This document shows positions 1 through 11,890 of a stretch of DNA of 64,000 nt, in pieces. Every line of letters starts with the position of its first letter. Position 1 is the stretch's first letter. This DNA comes from Hemiscyllium ocellatum. Its lineage: Eukaryota. Under the pieces are notes generated by a model. That model saw only the letters and a list, made by a program, of their open reading frames with translations, was not told the DNA's origin and ran no database searches. Made by a program: the position numbers and the translations under genes. The DNA lies in the NCBI RefSeq assembly GCF_020745735.1, contig NC_083424.1, positions 12,324,999 through 12,388,998 on the forward strand. The letters are read 5' to 3'.

Positions 1-159
1 TGCCTCATGTCACACTGTGAATAAAGCACAAATAAAACTGAGAGGCTACCCTCAAAACAAAGCAGAAGCGGCAGATATTCCTACATATAAAATCTACTTG
101 TCCTTACCCAATGTGTGTGCATATGTGGAGACCTCTTTGGATTGTATTTGGCAAAATAG

Positions 160-1390
160 ACCATAAAATATAGAGCAGAATTATGCCATTCAGCCCATGT
201 GACCATAATTCTATTCGTTTTAAAATATTGATGGAAAAGGATAGACCAGATCTAAAAGTTGAAGTTCTAAATTGGAGAAAGGCCAATTTTGACGGTATTA
301 GTTAAGAGCTTTCGAAAACTGATTGGAGGCAGATGTTCACATGTAAAAGGGATGGCTGGAAAATGGGAAGCCTTCAGAAATGAGATAACAAGAATCCAGA
401 GAAAATATATTCCTGTCAGGATGAAAGGGAAGGTTGGTAGGTATAGGGAATGCTGGATGACTAAAAATGTTGAGGGTTTGGTTAAGAAAGAGAAGGAAGT
501 ATATGTCAGGTATAAACAGGATTGATCGAGTGAATCCTTAGAAGAGTATAAAGGGAGAAGGAGTATACTTAAGAGGGAAATCAGGAGGGCAAAACAGGGA
601 CATGAGAAAGCTTTGGCAAATAGAATTAAGGAGAATCCAAAGGGTTTTTACAAATATATTAAGGACAAAAGGGTAATTAGGGAGAGACAAGGCCCCTCAA
701 AGATCAGCAAGGTGGCTTTTGTGTGGAGCCACAGAAAATGGGGGAGATACTAAATGAATGTTTTGCATCAGTATTTACTGTGGAAAAGGATATGGAAGAT
801 ATATACTGTAGGGAAATAGATGGTGACACCTTTCAAAATGTCCAGATTACAGAGGAGGAAGTGCTGGATGTCTTGAAAAGTTAAAAGTGGATAAATCCCC
901 AGGGCTTGATCAGGTGTACCCGAGAACTCTGTGGGAAGCTAGAGAAGTGATTGCTGGGCCCCTTGCTGAGATATTTGTATCATCAATAGTCACAGGTGAG
1001 GTGCCGGAAGACTGGAAGTTGGCAAACGTGGTGCCACTGTTTAAGAAGGGCGGTAAAGATAAGCCAGGCAACTATAGGCCGGTGAGCCTGACCACCTTGA
1101 AAGTGGAGTCGCAGGTAGATAGGAGAGTGAAGAAGGCGTTTGGAATGCTTTCCTTTATTGGTCAGAATACAAGAGTTGGGATGTCATGCTGCGGCTGTAC
1201 AGGACATTGGTTAGGCCAGTATTGGAGTATTGCGTGCAATTCTGGTATATGAATAGGAAGGGTTTGGAGGGATATGGGTCGGGTGCTGGCAGGTGGGATT
1301 AGATTGGGTTGGGATATCTGGTCGGCATGTACGGGTTGGACTGAAGGGTCTGTTTCCATGCTGTACATCTCTATGATTCTATGATTCTAA
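160..1390 (+). mobile_element. CR1-clade LINE, decayed ORF2 fragment with internal deletions and 3' tail
   Basis: ORF2-like peptides (LNWRKANF; KSPGLDQVYPRTL..VPEDWKLANVVPLFKKGGKDKPGNYRPVSLT); jumps near 1093 and 1247; ends in CTATGATT-repeat tail at 1371-1389. Boundaries approximate. Confidence 0.85.
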
Positions 1391-1394
1391 GTTT

Positions 1395-1790
1395 GCTCCA
1401 CTTACACAAGACATTTCTCAACCCCCTTCTTCTGCCATCTCCCTGGAACCCTTGATCTCCTTATTAATCAATAACCTATCTATCCCCACCTTAAATACAC
1501 TCAATGACTTGGCCTCCATAGCCCTGTGCCATAATAGATTCACCACTCTCTGTTTAAAGAAATTACTCCTTATCTCATTCTTTCACTTGGAGGCTGTGCC
1601 CTCAGGTCCTAGTCTTTCCTATCAGTGGAAACATCTTCTGCACACCCACTCTATCCAGACCTCTCCATATTCTGTATACTTTAATGAGATTCTCCCACAA
1701 TCTTCTAAACTCCATCGAGTACAGACCCAGAGTCCTCAATCGCTCCTCATATGACAAGCCAATCATCCTCTGGACCCCTCCAATGCAGGC
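1395..1790 (-). mobile_element. CR1-like LINE 3' fragment
   Basis: Minus-strand peptide GLSYEERLRTLGLYSMEFRRL..IKVYRI, typical of the CR1 ORF2 C-terminus. Confidence 0.7.
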
Positions 1791-2102
1791 ACAACCTTCC
1801 AAAAATACAGGAACCTTCTTTAGCCACTGCCCAAATGGATTAGTTCAATTATCCAGCAGCTCCTGTGTCTGCTTCTGCTGATTCATGAGGTAAGTATTTA
1901 ATATTCAAATTTACCTTGCCAGAAGGCCCCTGGCTCTCGCTCTCTCAGCTCCCACTGCTGATAAAAGTTTGCTCTCTTCTGACTGTCCATACTCCAAATG
2001 TGATAATTCTTTGAAAGAGCCAACATGGGTAGTTTGGCTTCTTTTTGTGTTGAAGGCTCAAATTATGTTTAAGCATCACTAATTCACAATATGTCCCTGC
2101 AG

Positions 2103-2279
2103 GTTTTGATTCCTCGGATGACAGGCCAGCCACTTGATGAGGCAAAGCTGAACAAAGCTCTGGCTGAATTGAATGGAACCTTGGACATTTTAGAATCAAT
2201 GTTTCTGAAGGACCAGGCCTTCCTCTGTGGTGACGAGATGACATTAGCTGACCTATTGGCCATCTGTGAACTGATGCAG
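2103..2279 (+). CDS. Glutathione S-transferase theta, paralog A, exon 4 (exons 1-3 lie upstream of the window)
   Basis: tgcAG acceptor, CAG|GTGAGG donor, 177 nt; VLIPRMTGQPLDEAKLNKALAELNGTLDILESMFLKDQAFLCGDEMTLADLLAICELMQ, a GSTT C-terminal domain with the TLADL N-cap motif. Confidence 0.92.
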
Positions 2280-3098
2280 GTGAGGTTCAAGAATGTTGTA
2301 CACACTGTCATCACCTAATTTGGTTGACATTGATAAAACCAGAACAAAATTTGCAAAAGGAGAAATGGATAAAATGGTCCAAAGCTGAAGAGTACATTTC
2401 TACCAATCCTTCCATTATTTTGGAATTGAACTTCCACTGTACATCAACTTTCTCTCCTCTTACCATTTTAAGAGACAGACTCCATCCATTGTGCCCACAA
2501 TTTGTCATCAAAAGAAAACTTGAACTACTGTACAGCACATTGATAAACATTCTGGGTACATGTGAAGGAAAAAGGAAATAATTAGAGAAAACCTAGATCT
2601 ATTCCTCCATTTTTTAAAAATGAATCTGAATTTAGGTCTGACCAGAAGCAGTGTACCTTACAGAAGTGACTGCAGCTGAAAGCATTAATTCCATTTTATT
2701 TACTCTTTAACTTTACATTAAGCAGAGATCATCCACTCCTGGCTAAGTATAAAATCAAACCTAGGTGCTACAGCTGGCACTTAGTGGTATGTTAGCAACC
2801 ATCATGATGCTGCTGCACATTAGCTCTTAGATTCGCTGAATAACTCCACGCTTTGAAAATTAAGGCTCAACTACTGGAAACCAAGTAAAAGTAATAACAA
2901 AAAGTCAAACTGATCTAAACAGGATCAGTTCTTTGTAAATATAAACTAAATCAATCTATGATTTACAGCGTTTGCTTCAAGCCTTTTCACAGTAATGCAG
3001 GTGGGAAAAGAAATCAGGTCTTGCTACTCCTGTACTGAACTGACTGAAAATGTAACACTGAATAACTTACATTTTTGTTTGTTTTTATTAATATTCAG

Positions 3099-3239
3099 CC
3101 ACTTGGAGCAAATCGTGACATATTGAAAGATCGTCCAAAATTGATCGCCTGGCGTAACAGAGTGCAGTCGGCACTGGGGAAAACATTTGATGATGTGCAT
3201 TCTTTCCTTTATCAACTGAGAGATAAGGCTAGGCTTTAA
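3099..3239 (+). CDS. Glutathione S-transferase theta, paralog A, terminal exon 5
   Basis: ttcAG acceptor; PLGANRDILKDRPKLIAWRNRVQSALGKTFDDVHSFLYQLRDKARL*. Confidence 0.92.
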   Translation, partial: PLGANRDILKDRPKLIAWRNRVQSALGKTFDDVHSFLYQLRDKARL

Positions 3240-3443
3240 AAGTTAAACCATGTGGAATTTCTGAATGTTAGATTCCTGCAAATTAGTCTACTTAATGGGT
3301 CTAAAATTAACCTATCAAAACCACATGCCTTTAAAGCATCATTTGATTAGTAAAACATGGTCCAAGTAATATTAATAACCATACAATTAGTTAATGACAG
3401 CAAATCACTAAATTTGGGGTAAAATTATACCAAGGCTAAACTA

Positions 3444-5350
3444 TCTGGGTGTGAGGATTGTGAAGGAGCAAAAATGTCCTTTAATAGAGCGATATGTATT
3501 TCTTGTCAGATGTGGGAGTTTAAAGAGAGTTTAAGGGTTACTGCGGATTATATCTGCCATAAATGCTGCTGGTTGCAAATCTTATCAGATCGAGTGGATC
3601 AGTTGGAGAGACAGACAGAAGCGATGAGGAATTTGCAACAGCAACATTATGTGATGGATGGCAGTTATAGGAAGGAGGGCATGTCTCAGATACAGTCACA
3701 TAAGTGAGTTAACTCCAGGAAAGGTAAGAGAGGTAGGCAGCTAGTGCAGGAGTCTTTTGTGGATATACCCATTTTGAAGAGGTATGCTGTTTTGGAAAAT
3801 GTTGGGGGTGATGGATTCTCAGGGGAACATAGCAGTTTCTGGTATGGAGACTGGCTCTAATGCAACGAGGGGTACGTCGGGTTCCAAGAGATCAATTGTG
3901 TTAGGGGATTCTCTAGTTCGAGGTACAGACAGACGTTTCTGTGGCCAGCAGCGATAAAGCAGAATGGTGTGTTGTTTCCCTGGTGCCTGGATCAAGGATG
4001 TCTCAGAGAGGGTGCAGAATGTTCTCAGGGGGGAAGAGGGGCCAGCAGGAGGTAATTGTCCACACTGGAACCAATGACATAGGAAGGAAAAAGGTTGAGA
4101 TTCTGAAAGGAAATTACAGAGAGTTAGGCAGAAATTTAAAAAGGAGGTCCTCGAGAGTAGTAATATCTGGATTACTCCCGGTGCTACAAGCTAGTGAGGG
4201 CAGGAATAGGAGAATAGAGCAGATGAATGCATGGCTGAGGAGCTGGTGTATGGGGAAAGGATTCACATTTTTGGATCATTGGAATCCCTTTTGGGGTAGA
4301 AGCTACCTGTACAAGAATGATGGATTGAACATAAATTGAAAGGGGACTAATATACTGGCAGGGAAATTTGTTAGAACTGATTGGGAGGATTTAAACTAGT
4401 AAGTGGTGGGGGGAGGTGGGGGGGGGGGGGGGAACCCAGGGAGACAGTGAGGAAAGAGATCAATCTGAGACGGGTACAGCTGAGAACAGAAGCGAGTCAT
4501 TCAGGGCAGGCAGGGACAAGGTAGGACTAATAAATTAAACTGCATTTATTTCAATGCAAGGAGCCTAACAGGGAAGGCAGATGAACTCAGGGCATGGTTA
4601 GGAACATGGGACTGGGATATCATAGCAATTACAGAAACAGGACAAGACTGGCAGCTTAATGTTCCAGGATACAAATGCTACAGGAAGGATAGAAAGGGAG
4701 GCACGAGAGGAAAAGGAGTGGCATTTTTGATAATTGTATTGAGTATTGAGTACAAGAGTTGGGAGGTCATGTTGTGGCTGTACAGGAGATTGGTTAGGCC
4801 ATTATTGAAATATTGTGTACAATTCTGGTCTCCTTCCTATCGGAAAGATGTTGTGAAACTTGAAAGGGTTCAGAAAAGATTTACAAGGATGTTGCCAGGG
4901 TTGGAGGATTTGAGCTATAGGGAGAGGCTGAACAGGCTGGGGCTGTTTTCCCTGGAGCATCGGAGGCTGAAGAGTGACCTTATAGAGGTTTACAAAATTA
5001 TGAGGGGCATGGATCGGGTAAATAAGCAAAGTCTTTTCCCTGGGGTGGGGGAGTTTAGAACTAGAGGGCATAGATTTAGGGTGAGAGGTGAAAGATACAA
5101 AATAGACCTATGGGGCAACTTTTTCACACAGAGAGTGGTACGTATATGGAATGAGCTGCCAGAGGAAGTGGTGGAGGATGGTACAACTGCAACATTTAAG
5201 AGGCATTTGGATGGGTATATGAATAGGAAGGGTTTGGAGGAATATGGGCCACGTGCTGGCAGGTGGGACTAGACTGGGTTGGGATATCTGATTGGCATGG
5301 ACGGGTTGGACCGAAGGGTCTGTTTCCATGCTATACATCCCAATGACTCT
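3444..5350 (+). mobile_element. CR1 LINE with ORF1 (Cys-rich finger plus SGNH/GDSL esterase), ORF2 start, large internal deletion and 3' end; inserted 3' of GSTT paralog A
   Basis: CISCQMWE..CHKC; IVLGDSLVRG, HTGTNDI and DGL esterase blocks; NCIYFNARSL endonuclease start at ~4535; jump at ~4733 to ORF2 C-terminus (LVRPLLKYCVQFWSP). The empty site is visible in the paralogous flank at ~16560. Confidence 0.88.
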
Positions 5351-6099
5351 ATATTCAAAACCACCTTGCAAAAGGAACTTAGGAGTGTTGTTGGAAGCAA
5401 TCTTAATTTCTCAGACATAATCACTATAGCAATAGAGTCCCTCCATAAATAAGATCTTCATCTATTCCAGGCACCAAGCAGAGTAGCAATTACCACATGG
5501 CATCACCAAGTGGACTATGCCACTTTACTATAGATTAGAAGTCCCAGGGTTTTGTCATCTCCAAGTGGGCACAGGGAGTGTCCTTGGGATTTAACAAACT
5601 CTGATTCATATACTTTAAAGCACAAAAGAACTGCTAATCTTCCTCTTTTCTGTCTAGCTGAGGCAAGCGAACATAAAGCCTCTGATCCAAATAGGAAAAA
5701 TCCAAGTCTCAACATTTTTTGTTAATTCAGATCCCATCAATGACCATTGCACTAGTCAATCAGCGACAACCTGGGAACATCTGGTATTGTCTAATATCAG
5801 AACTCCTGCTTCCTCCCACTCCTCCCCCTACGACAAATCGCCCCCAAGTGGACAACAGACCACTGGACATTTGGGCTCTGTTCCATGCAAGCATCACAGT
5901 ACATACCACAACTCTTCACTGAAAACAGGCACACCACACGTTAGTCAGTGGTCAAGAACTACAACAGAGTCTGAATTTCTGACACATGGTTCAGACAGGT
6001 TCCCTCAACCTTTCTTCATAAGACATGCCCTCCAATCCAGGCAGCAGCCTGGTAAATCTCCTCTGCACCCTCTCTATAGCTTCAACGTCCTTCCTATAA

Positions 6100-6490
6100 T
6101 GGAAATGGACTCAATATTGAGTTCAACAATTTCAGACTTTAAGGCACATTATCCTGTGTCCTTTTACCCCAAACTCCACACACCAGGCCTTGTTGTCACA
6201 TGGTCTGCTTTTCCACACACTCCATTGTTAGTCGCTAACAGTCCCCATCCACAGCCATTCATTCTCCTAGGCTGACTATTATCCACTCCTTGGTCCAACT
6301 GTTCTTTTCTCTCTTTGGGCTCTATCTTGACCTATTGTTTCCTCCTTACTCCCTACCTCCACCCTATCTTCTACAAAAAAAACTTATTCCAACATATAAT
6401 TTCTGAAGAAGGGTCACTGGACCTAAACCATTAATTCTGAATTCTCTACAAACATGCTGTTGTGATTTACAAGCAATTTCTGTTTATTGT
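6100..6490 (+). mobile_element. Penelope-like element 3' fragment with degenerate hammerhead core
   Basis: ORF end GLNIEFNNFR (~6106-6137), pyrimidine-rich 3' UTR, then CTGAAGA-A-GGGTC-ACTG-GACC-TAAAC at 6403-6429. Confidence 0.6.
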
Positions 6491-6956
6491 TTGGCTCCCT
6501 AGATGACTTGGGTTCAAATCCCACCCATGTACTACAATATTTAGATATCCAACACACAGCAAAACAGAAATTGCTGGAGAAGCTCAGCAGGTCTGGCTGC
6601 CGCTGTGGAGAGAAATCAGAGTTAATGGTTCCAATCGTAAAAAGTACAACGTGGTGTGAGGTGGGGGGAAGCGGGGAGCAAATCAGTGCATAGAGCCTGG
6701 CAATCACACCCGATAATAAAAAATACTTGGAATAATTCCAAGTTTAATACTTGGAATAATTTTGCCCGGGTGAATTGTGTCTGCGCTCTACCGCGGGGAC
6801 TGTATCGGTGTGGTCGGTGTCGATTGTATCGCTCCCTCTGCAGCTTGTGATTGGCCGCTTGTTGGTTACATTGTATCAAGCTCCATGTAGCAAGTTGCGG
6901 GAGTGGGGGTGTGCTGTTGTGTGTGTACTCTGTTAGCAGCTCTACTCTTCCCCACC

Positions 6957-7080
6957 ATGGCTTCTCGGCTCCCCTTACGAGTCTATTTCGACCTGTTGTC
7001 CCAGCCCTCCAGGGCCGTCTTGATCTTCCTCAAACGCACCGGAATCCCGCATGTGGAAAAACCCGTGGCCCTCCGGAAGG
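6957..7080 (+). CDS. Glutathione S-transferase theta (fish GSTT2-like), paralog B, exon 1
   Basis: Kozak CCACCATGG; MASRLPLRVYFDLLSQPSRAVLIFLKRTGIPHVEKPVALRKG with the theta-class catalytic SQP(S/C) motif; donor G|GTAAGC. Confidence 0.95.
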
Positions 7081-7408
7081 GTAAGCAAAAGGAAATCGCT
7101 CGCATTCCTGCCACACCGGGGCTGGGGTAAATCCAGTGCCTTCCCCTTCACCCTCTTTCTCCCCTACATGCACAGTTTCTAACATTAGGCGTGAGCTTTT
7201 TGTTTTCAGATGTCAAAATCGTGTAAATAACGTCAGTTGGTGAACTTGTACAGCCGAGTTCAGAGTCCGAGTTAAGCGATACAGAGGGATCGTGGTTAGC
7301 CCAGAAGTGAAGGGGGAACAACCAGCAGCAGGAGTTCAAACCCTAGTGGGAGAATTTCAAGAATTTCAGTTCGGTTACTTAAATAAATCTGCGATTTAAA
7401 TTATTAAA

Positions 7409-7700
7409 GTTAGCACTGCTGCCTCACAGCACCGGGGTACCAGGTTTGATTCCAGCCTTGAGCCTGTGTGGAGTTAGTATATTCTCCCCATGTCTGCATG
7501 GGGTTTCCTCCAGGTGCTCCAGTTTCTTTCCACAGTCCAAAGATGTGCAGATCAGGTGAATTGGCCATGCTAAATTTCCCCATAGCGTTATGTCAGTTAG
7601 TCAGAGGGGAAATGGGTCTGGGTGGATTACTCTTCGGAGGGTCGGTGTGGACTGGTTGGGCCGAAAGACCTGTTTCCACACTGTAGGGAATCTAATCTAG
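7409..7700 (+). mobile_element. tRNA-derived SINE (HE1/V-SINE-like), 5' truncated
   Basis: GTTAGCACTGCTGCCTCACAGC head, V-domain-like TGGGGTTTCCTCCAGGTGCTCCAGTTTC, AATCT tail; similar to the copy at 50314. Confidence 0.75.
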
Positions 7701-7869
7701 TGACAGATCCTTGTAAAAATCCATCTGGTTCCCTATGGAAGAAGTGCTGCTATTCTTACCCATTGAACTTGCCATGCATTTGTAACAGCTTCAACAAAAA
7801 AAACTAACATTAAAATCAGACAGACCGTCCCACTCTGATCAATGCGGAGTCCTAGAGATTTGCACCAAA

Positions 7870-8830
7870 ACTTGAATTATAAATGTCACATGTACTTAAG
7901 TACAGTGAAAGATTTTGTGTGCAGTACAGGCAGTTCATATTATACAAAGACCACTGAACAGCGTGAGAAATACCAAGTTACAGCTGCAAAGAAGATGCAT
8001 AAAAAGCAAGGTCAGCAATAGATTTGAAATTTAAAAGATCCATTCAGAAGTTTAATAATAGCGAGGCAGAAGCTGTTCTTGAACCTGTTAGTACATGGGT
8101 TTAAGCTTTTGCCTTAAGGAAGAGGTTGGAAGAGCTTATAACTGGGGAGGGAGGGACCGTTGATAATGTTGGCTGCTTTTCTGAGAGAATGGCGGGATGT
8201 AGATGGAGTCAATAGATGGAAAGTTAGCTAGTGCGATGGATGAAACTGTGTTCATATCTCTGTAGTTTCTTCCGATCCTGGGCACAGCAGTTGCCATACC
8301 AAGCCGTGACGCATGCAGATTGAACATTATCAATGGTGCATCAATAAAAGAGGCCTCACAAACATGATGAAGTTTCTTAGACTCCTGAGGATGAGGAGGC
8401 GTTTTTGTGCCTTCTTGACCCTCGCACTAAATGGGTGGTCAAGGATAGATTGTTGGTGATCGTCGCTCCTCTCCACCTCACCTCCACTGATGTAGACAGA
8501 GGCTGGCCCTCCAACTTGCTTCCTGAAGTCAACAATCAGCTCGTTAGTTTCGCTGACTTAGAGGGAAAGATGTTAGCTTTAAACCGCATCATCAAGCGCT
8601 CTCTTTCCTGTGTTCTATCATGCCATTGTTTGATATCCAGCTTACAACAGCGGTGTCATCAGCAAACGCGTGGATGGAGTTAGGACAAAATTTGGCACCA
8701 TGGTCATAAGTGTACAGAGAGTACTGTAGGGGGCTGAGAACACATCTTCATGGGCCCACTCGTGGAGGAGGTGCTGTTGCCTATTCTCACTGATTGCAGT
8801 CTGTGGGCAGATCAACGATCCAGTTGCAGA
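7870..8830 (-). mobile_element. Decayed non-LTR retrotransposon (Rex/Babar-like RT fragment)
   Basis: Minus strand near 8710-8757 reads a degenerate GP..CVLSPL.YSLYT RT motif; heavily mutated. Confidence 0.5.
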
Positions 8831-9209
8831 AGGAATGTTATGTCAACTTGAACTTGAGAGCATTATGTCAAGTAACAACTTACAATGTCATACAGCATCA
8901 TCCCTTTCGGCCAAAGCTCCAAATTTCTCCTTTGGCAAAATTGTCCACAGTTCAAAGTCCTCAAGATTCACTCCATACTGTCTTTAGGTGGAGAAATGGG
9001 CAGGCTTAGCATGCGGTCCACATGGAGATGGTTGAGCCATCTCTGGCCCGTGATAGACTAATTATGCATATTTACAAAGACTTTGTAACTTGTACCTATT
9101 GCTATTCTTGCAATAACATACATTTTATGTAAAACATGTACTTCTTCCCATTAAGATTCAACAGTAATTTACCCTCTAACGCTGCTAATGAGAAAGTTTC
9201 TCAGATTAA

Positions 9210-9435
9210 GTGATGGGGTTGGTGAAATCAGTTGGATGGATGGCTGGTTTGTTATCAAGAGTGACACCAAAAGTGTGGGTTCAATTCCAGCAGTGGTCGA
9301 GGTTACCATGAAGGAAATGCCTCAAACTTCTCCCCTCACCTGAGGTGTGGTGATCCTCATGTTAAATCACCACCAGTCGTCTCTGTCTCTATTGAGAGAG
9401 CCACTGCATGCTCTGGTGGGACTATAGTGACTTTA
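9210..9435 (+). mobile_element. tRNA-derived SINE (second family)
   Basis: B-box GGTTCAATTCC at ~9278; related reverse-strand copy at ~60988-61140. Confidence 0.5.
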
Positions 9436-10147
9436 CCTTTTTTTTTTACAAAAGGAGCTGGTATGGGCTAGAGGTCTGGTTTCAAGTCCCATCTGTCACA
9501 TCATGACGAAACACTGACTAAATTACAAATAACTTAGAAATGAAGATATCTGGGGCACTTTACCCCAACTACAAGCCACTAGTAGTTAGGACTGCAACAT
9601 ACAGCACTATCCCTTGTCAACTAGTGAGTCATTATCAATCTAATGGTGAACATCACTTGGAATAAAGGCTATTTGTGGCTGTGCTGGCCCTTTAAACAAA
9701 TTATCCTTTCTCCCTAACTTTGTTTAAAAAAAATCTATTCAATCCTCTTTTGAAATTTAGTTTCGAATCTGCTTCCTTGCAGCTGTGCATTCCGCACCCT
9801 TAGCTCCATTTGGTTTACTTTGGTAGAATGTTATGGCTTAATATCACCATTTAAATATTTGTTAACAATATTTAAATGTAGGTTGCCTTCTGATCTGTGG
9901 AGGAGTAGAACACATATTGCAAAAATGTAAAATATCTTGGATCAGTTGTCATCAAATTTGGTTGAAACTGCAGAAAATGTAACCAAAATCAAGGAAAATG
10001 AGCCAGAGATGTGGCTATGGAGGAGACAAAGTTCACTGCAGATCTACTAGAAAATTCAGTGACATTACCCTGACGCCTTTGCTCTGTCCATTTTTCTTTA
10101 TAATATCATTGATTCAGAGTTAATCTTTATCAGGTTTATTTGAACAG

Positions 10148-10235
10148 GTGAACAGAAGAGCCCAGAGTTCACTAAACTCAATCCAAATCAGAAAGTGCCA
10201 GTTATTGTGGACAATGGATTTGTTCTGACTGAGAG
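10148..10235 (+). CDS. GSTT paralog B exon 2
   Basis: 88 nt, AG/GT flanked; (G)EQKSPEFTKLNPNQKVPVIVDNGFVLTES with the cis-Pro KVP and ES glutathione-binding motif. Confidence 0.95.
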
Positions 10236-11084
10236 GTGAGGCTTTTTATTTTTCAATATAAAAAAAAAACTGAATTCTCCTTCCTTTTCTGGAAGAGTTT
10301 GTATTGTTGTAGTAAACGTAAAGAGCAGTCTTCTTAATTGAAAGGCTAGTGAGTTAGTTTAGATGGCGTGCTTTACAGCACTAGCCAACCTACACTTTTC
10401 TGGTTCGTGCCGAATTGCCCACAAAACTATGAGATAATCACTTGTTTGTGCCGTGGGATATTTTAAAAGTGCTTTATTAATGCAAGCTGTTGCTTTAGGC
10501 ACATTAGTGACCATTATAATGGTTGTGCTGTCAGGTGCTTTTTGGTCTCTGTCCCAGAATTGCAGCTGATGTTAACGTATGCATCCTAATGGTTTTAAAG
10601 TAGGAGTTAGAAAGCTTTTTTTTAAACAATATATAAAAGCAAGAATCAGAAAATCACAGTTTTGAAATTTCAAAGAGAAGTTCATAGTACAGTGAGTCTT
10701 AATCACAATCAAAAGCAAGGCTTAGTACTGTATATCTTTGATAAAGAGCATTGAGTTCCTCTCCCACAGTCTTCAATAAGATACATAACACAATCCATGC
10801 TTTAGAATTCCTTTTTTTTCTTTAGGTCTTCAGTCTCCCACATCCATTACATCAGACGTTATATATTGGGGTTGCTTAAGTATGTCCCACATATAAGATT
10901 AAATTTGGAGTCAAACAGCATCAAAGTCATGAATGCTGAAAGTTGGTCATTAAAGCCAAAACTTGGTTTTAAATAGTTTGAGGGGAGACCATTAATCCTT
11001 TGTTATTTCACCATAAGAATGTACAGCGAAAAAAAACCTGCATGACACAAAAACGCAGCTTACCAAAGTGCAACTGGTCAGAGT

Positions 11085-11280
11085 CAAGAGTGTCGAACTG
11101 GAAAAACACAGCAGGTCAGGCAGCATCCAAGAGGAGAATCAACCTGTCAGGCAGAAGTCCTTCAGGAATCTCCTGCCCCTCAGATGCTGTCTGACCTGCT
11201 GTGCTTTTCCAGCACCACACACTCAATTCTGATTAGTTGCAGGGAGAAAGTGAGGACTGCAGATGCTGGAGATCAAAGCA
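11085..11280. mobile_element. PLE-derived fold-back (inverted) mini-element, degenerate hammerhead
   Basis: GGAAAAACACAGCAGGTCAGGCAGCATC ... GATGCTGTCTGACCTGCTGTGCTTTTCC inverted arms with junction at CAGGAAT. Confidence 0.6.
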
Positions 11281-11341
11281 GATTGTGTGTTTTCTACATT
11301 TCAATTATTTTATTTTCCTGACCTAAGAATGTTGTTTGCAG

Positions 11342-11492
11342 CGTTGCTATTCTGAAGTACCTGGCGACAAAGTATGATATCCCTCAATTCTGGTACCCAG
11401 TAGACTCAATGCAGAGGGCAAAGGTGGATGAGTACATGGCATGGCAGCATGCTACTGTGAGATATCACGCATCGAAAGTCTTCATCCTGGAG
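11342..11492 (+). CDS. GSTT paralog B exon 3
   Basis: 151 nt; VAILKYLATKYDIPQFWYPVDSMQRAKVDEYMAWQHATVRYHASKVFILE; donor GAG|GTATGG. Confidence 0.95.
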
Positions 11493-11711
11493 GTATGGAC
11501 TAAAAGAGTGTTTCTATTCAACGCATTTTGCTGCCATGATATTTGGCTCCAGCCCCATACTGTAGAGCAAAGAGCATGAGTTTTTAGGCTATAGGTGTAC
11601 TTTCACCACATGGACTACAATGATTCAGAAGGCAACTTAGGAGCAGAAAATAGGCCATTTGGACCATCATGTCTGCTCTGCCATTCAATCATGGCTGATA
11701 GGTTTTCAAAG

Positions 11712-11890
11712 TCAAAAAGTGTGGTGCTGTAAAAGCACAGCCATCAGGCAGCATCCGAGGTGCAGGAGAGTCGACATTTCGAATATAAGCTCTTCATTCC
11801 TGCTCCTCGGATGCTGCCTCACCTGCTGCGCTTTTCCAGCAGCACACTTTTTCACTCTGACCTCCAGCATCTGCAGTCCTCACTTCCTCC
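11712..11890. mobile_element. PLE-derived fold-back mini-element
   Basis: AAAAAGTGTGGTGCTGTAAAAGCACAG..CAGGCAGCATCCGAGG / CCTCGGATGCTGCCT..GCTTTTCCAGCAGCACACTTTTT inverted arms around a decayed hammerhead. Confidence 0.65.

Noticed and set aside
2311-2581. ORFs conserved between the two duplicates in intron 4
   Set aside because: Conservation is explained by near-identical DNA, not coding constraint.
2000-3336. GSTT duplication as a false haplotype duplication in the assembly
   Set aside because: The flanking homologous DNA is much more diverged than alleles would be and carries a copy-specific CR1, so a real paralog is more likely; reads are needed for certainty.
6721-6761. Short direct/inverted repeat AATACTTGGAATAATT upstream of GSTT
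   Set aside because: Small local duplication; no binding motif I can support.
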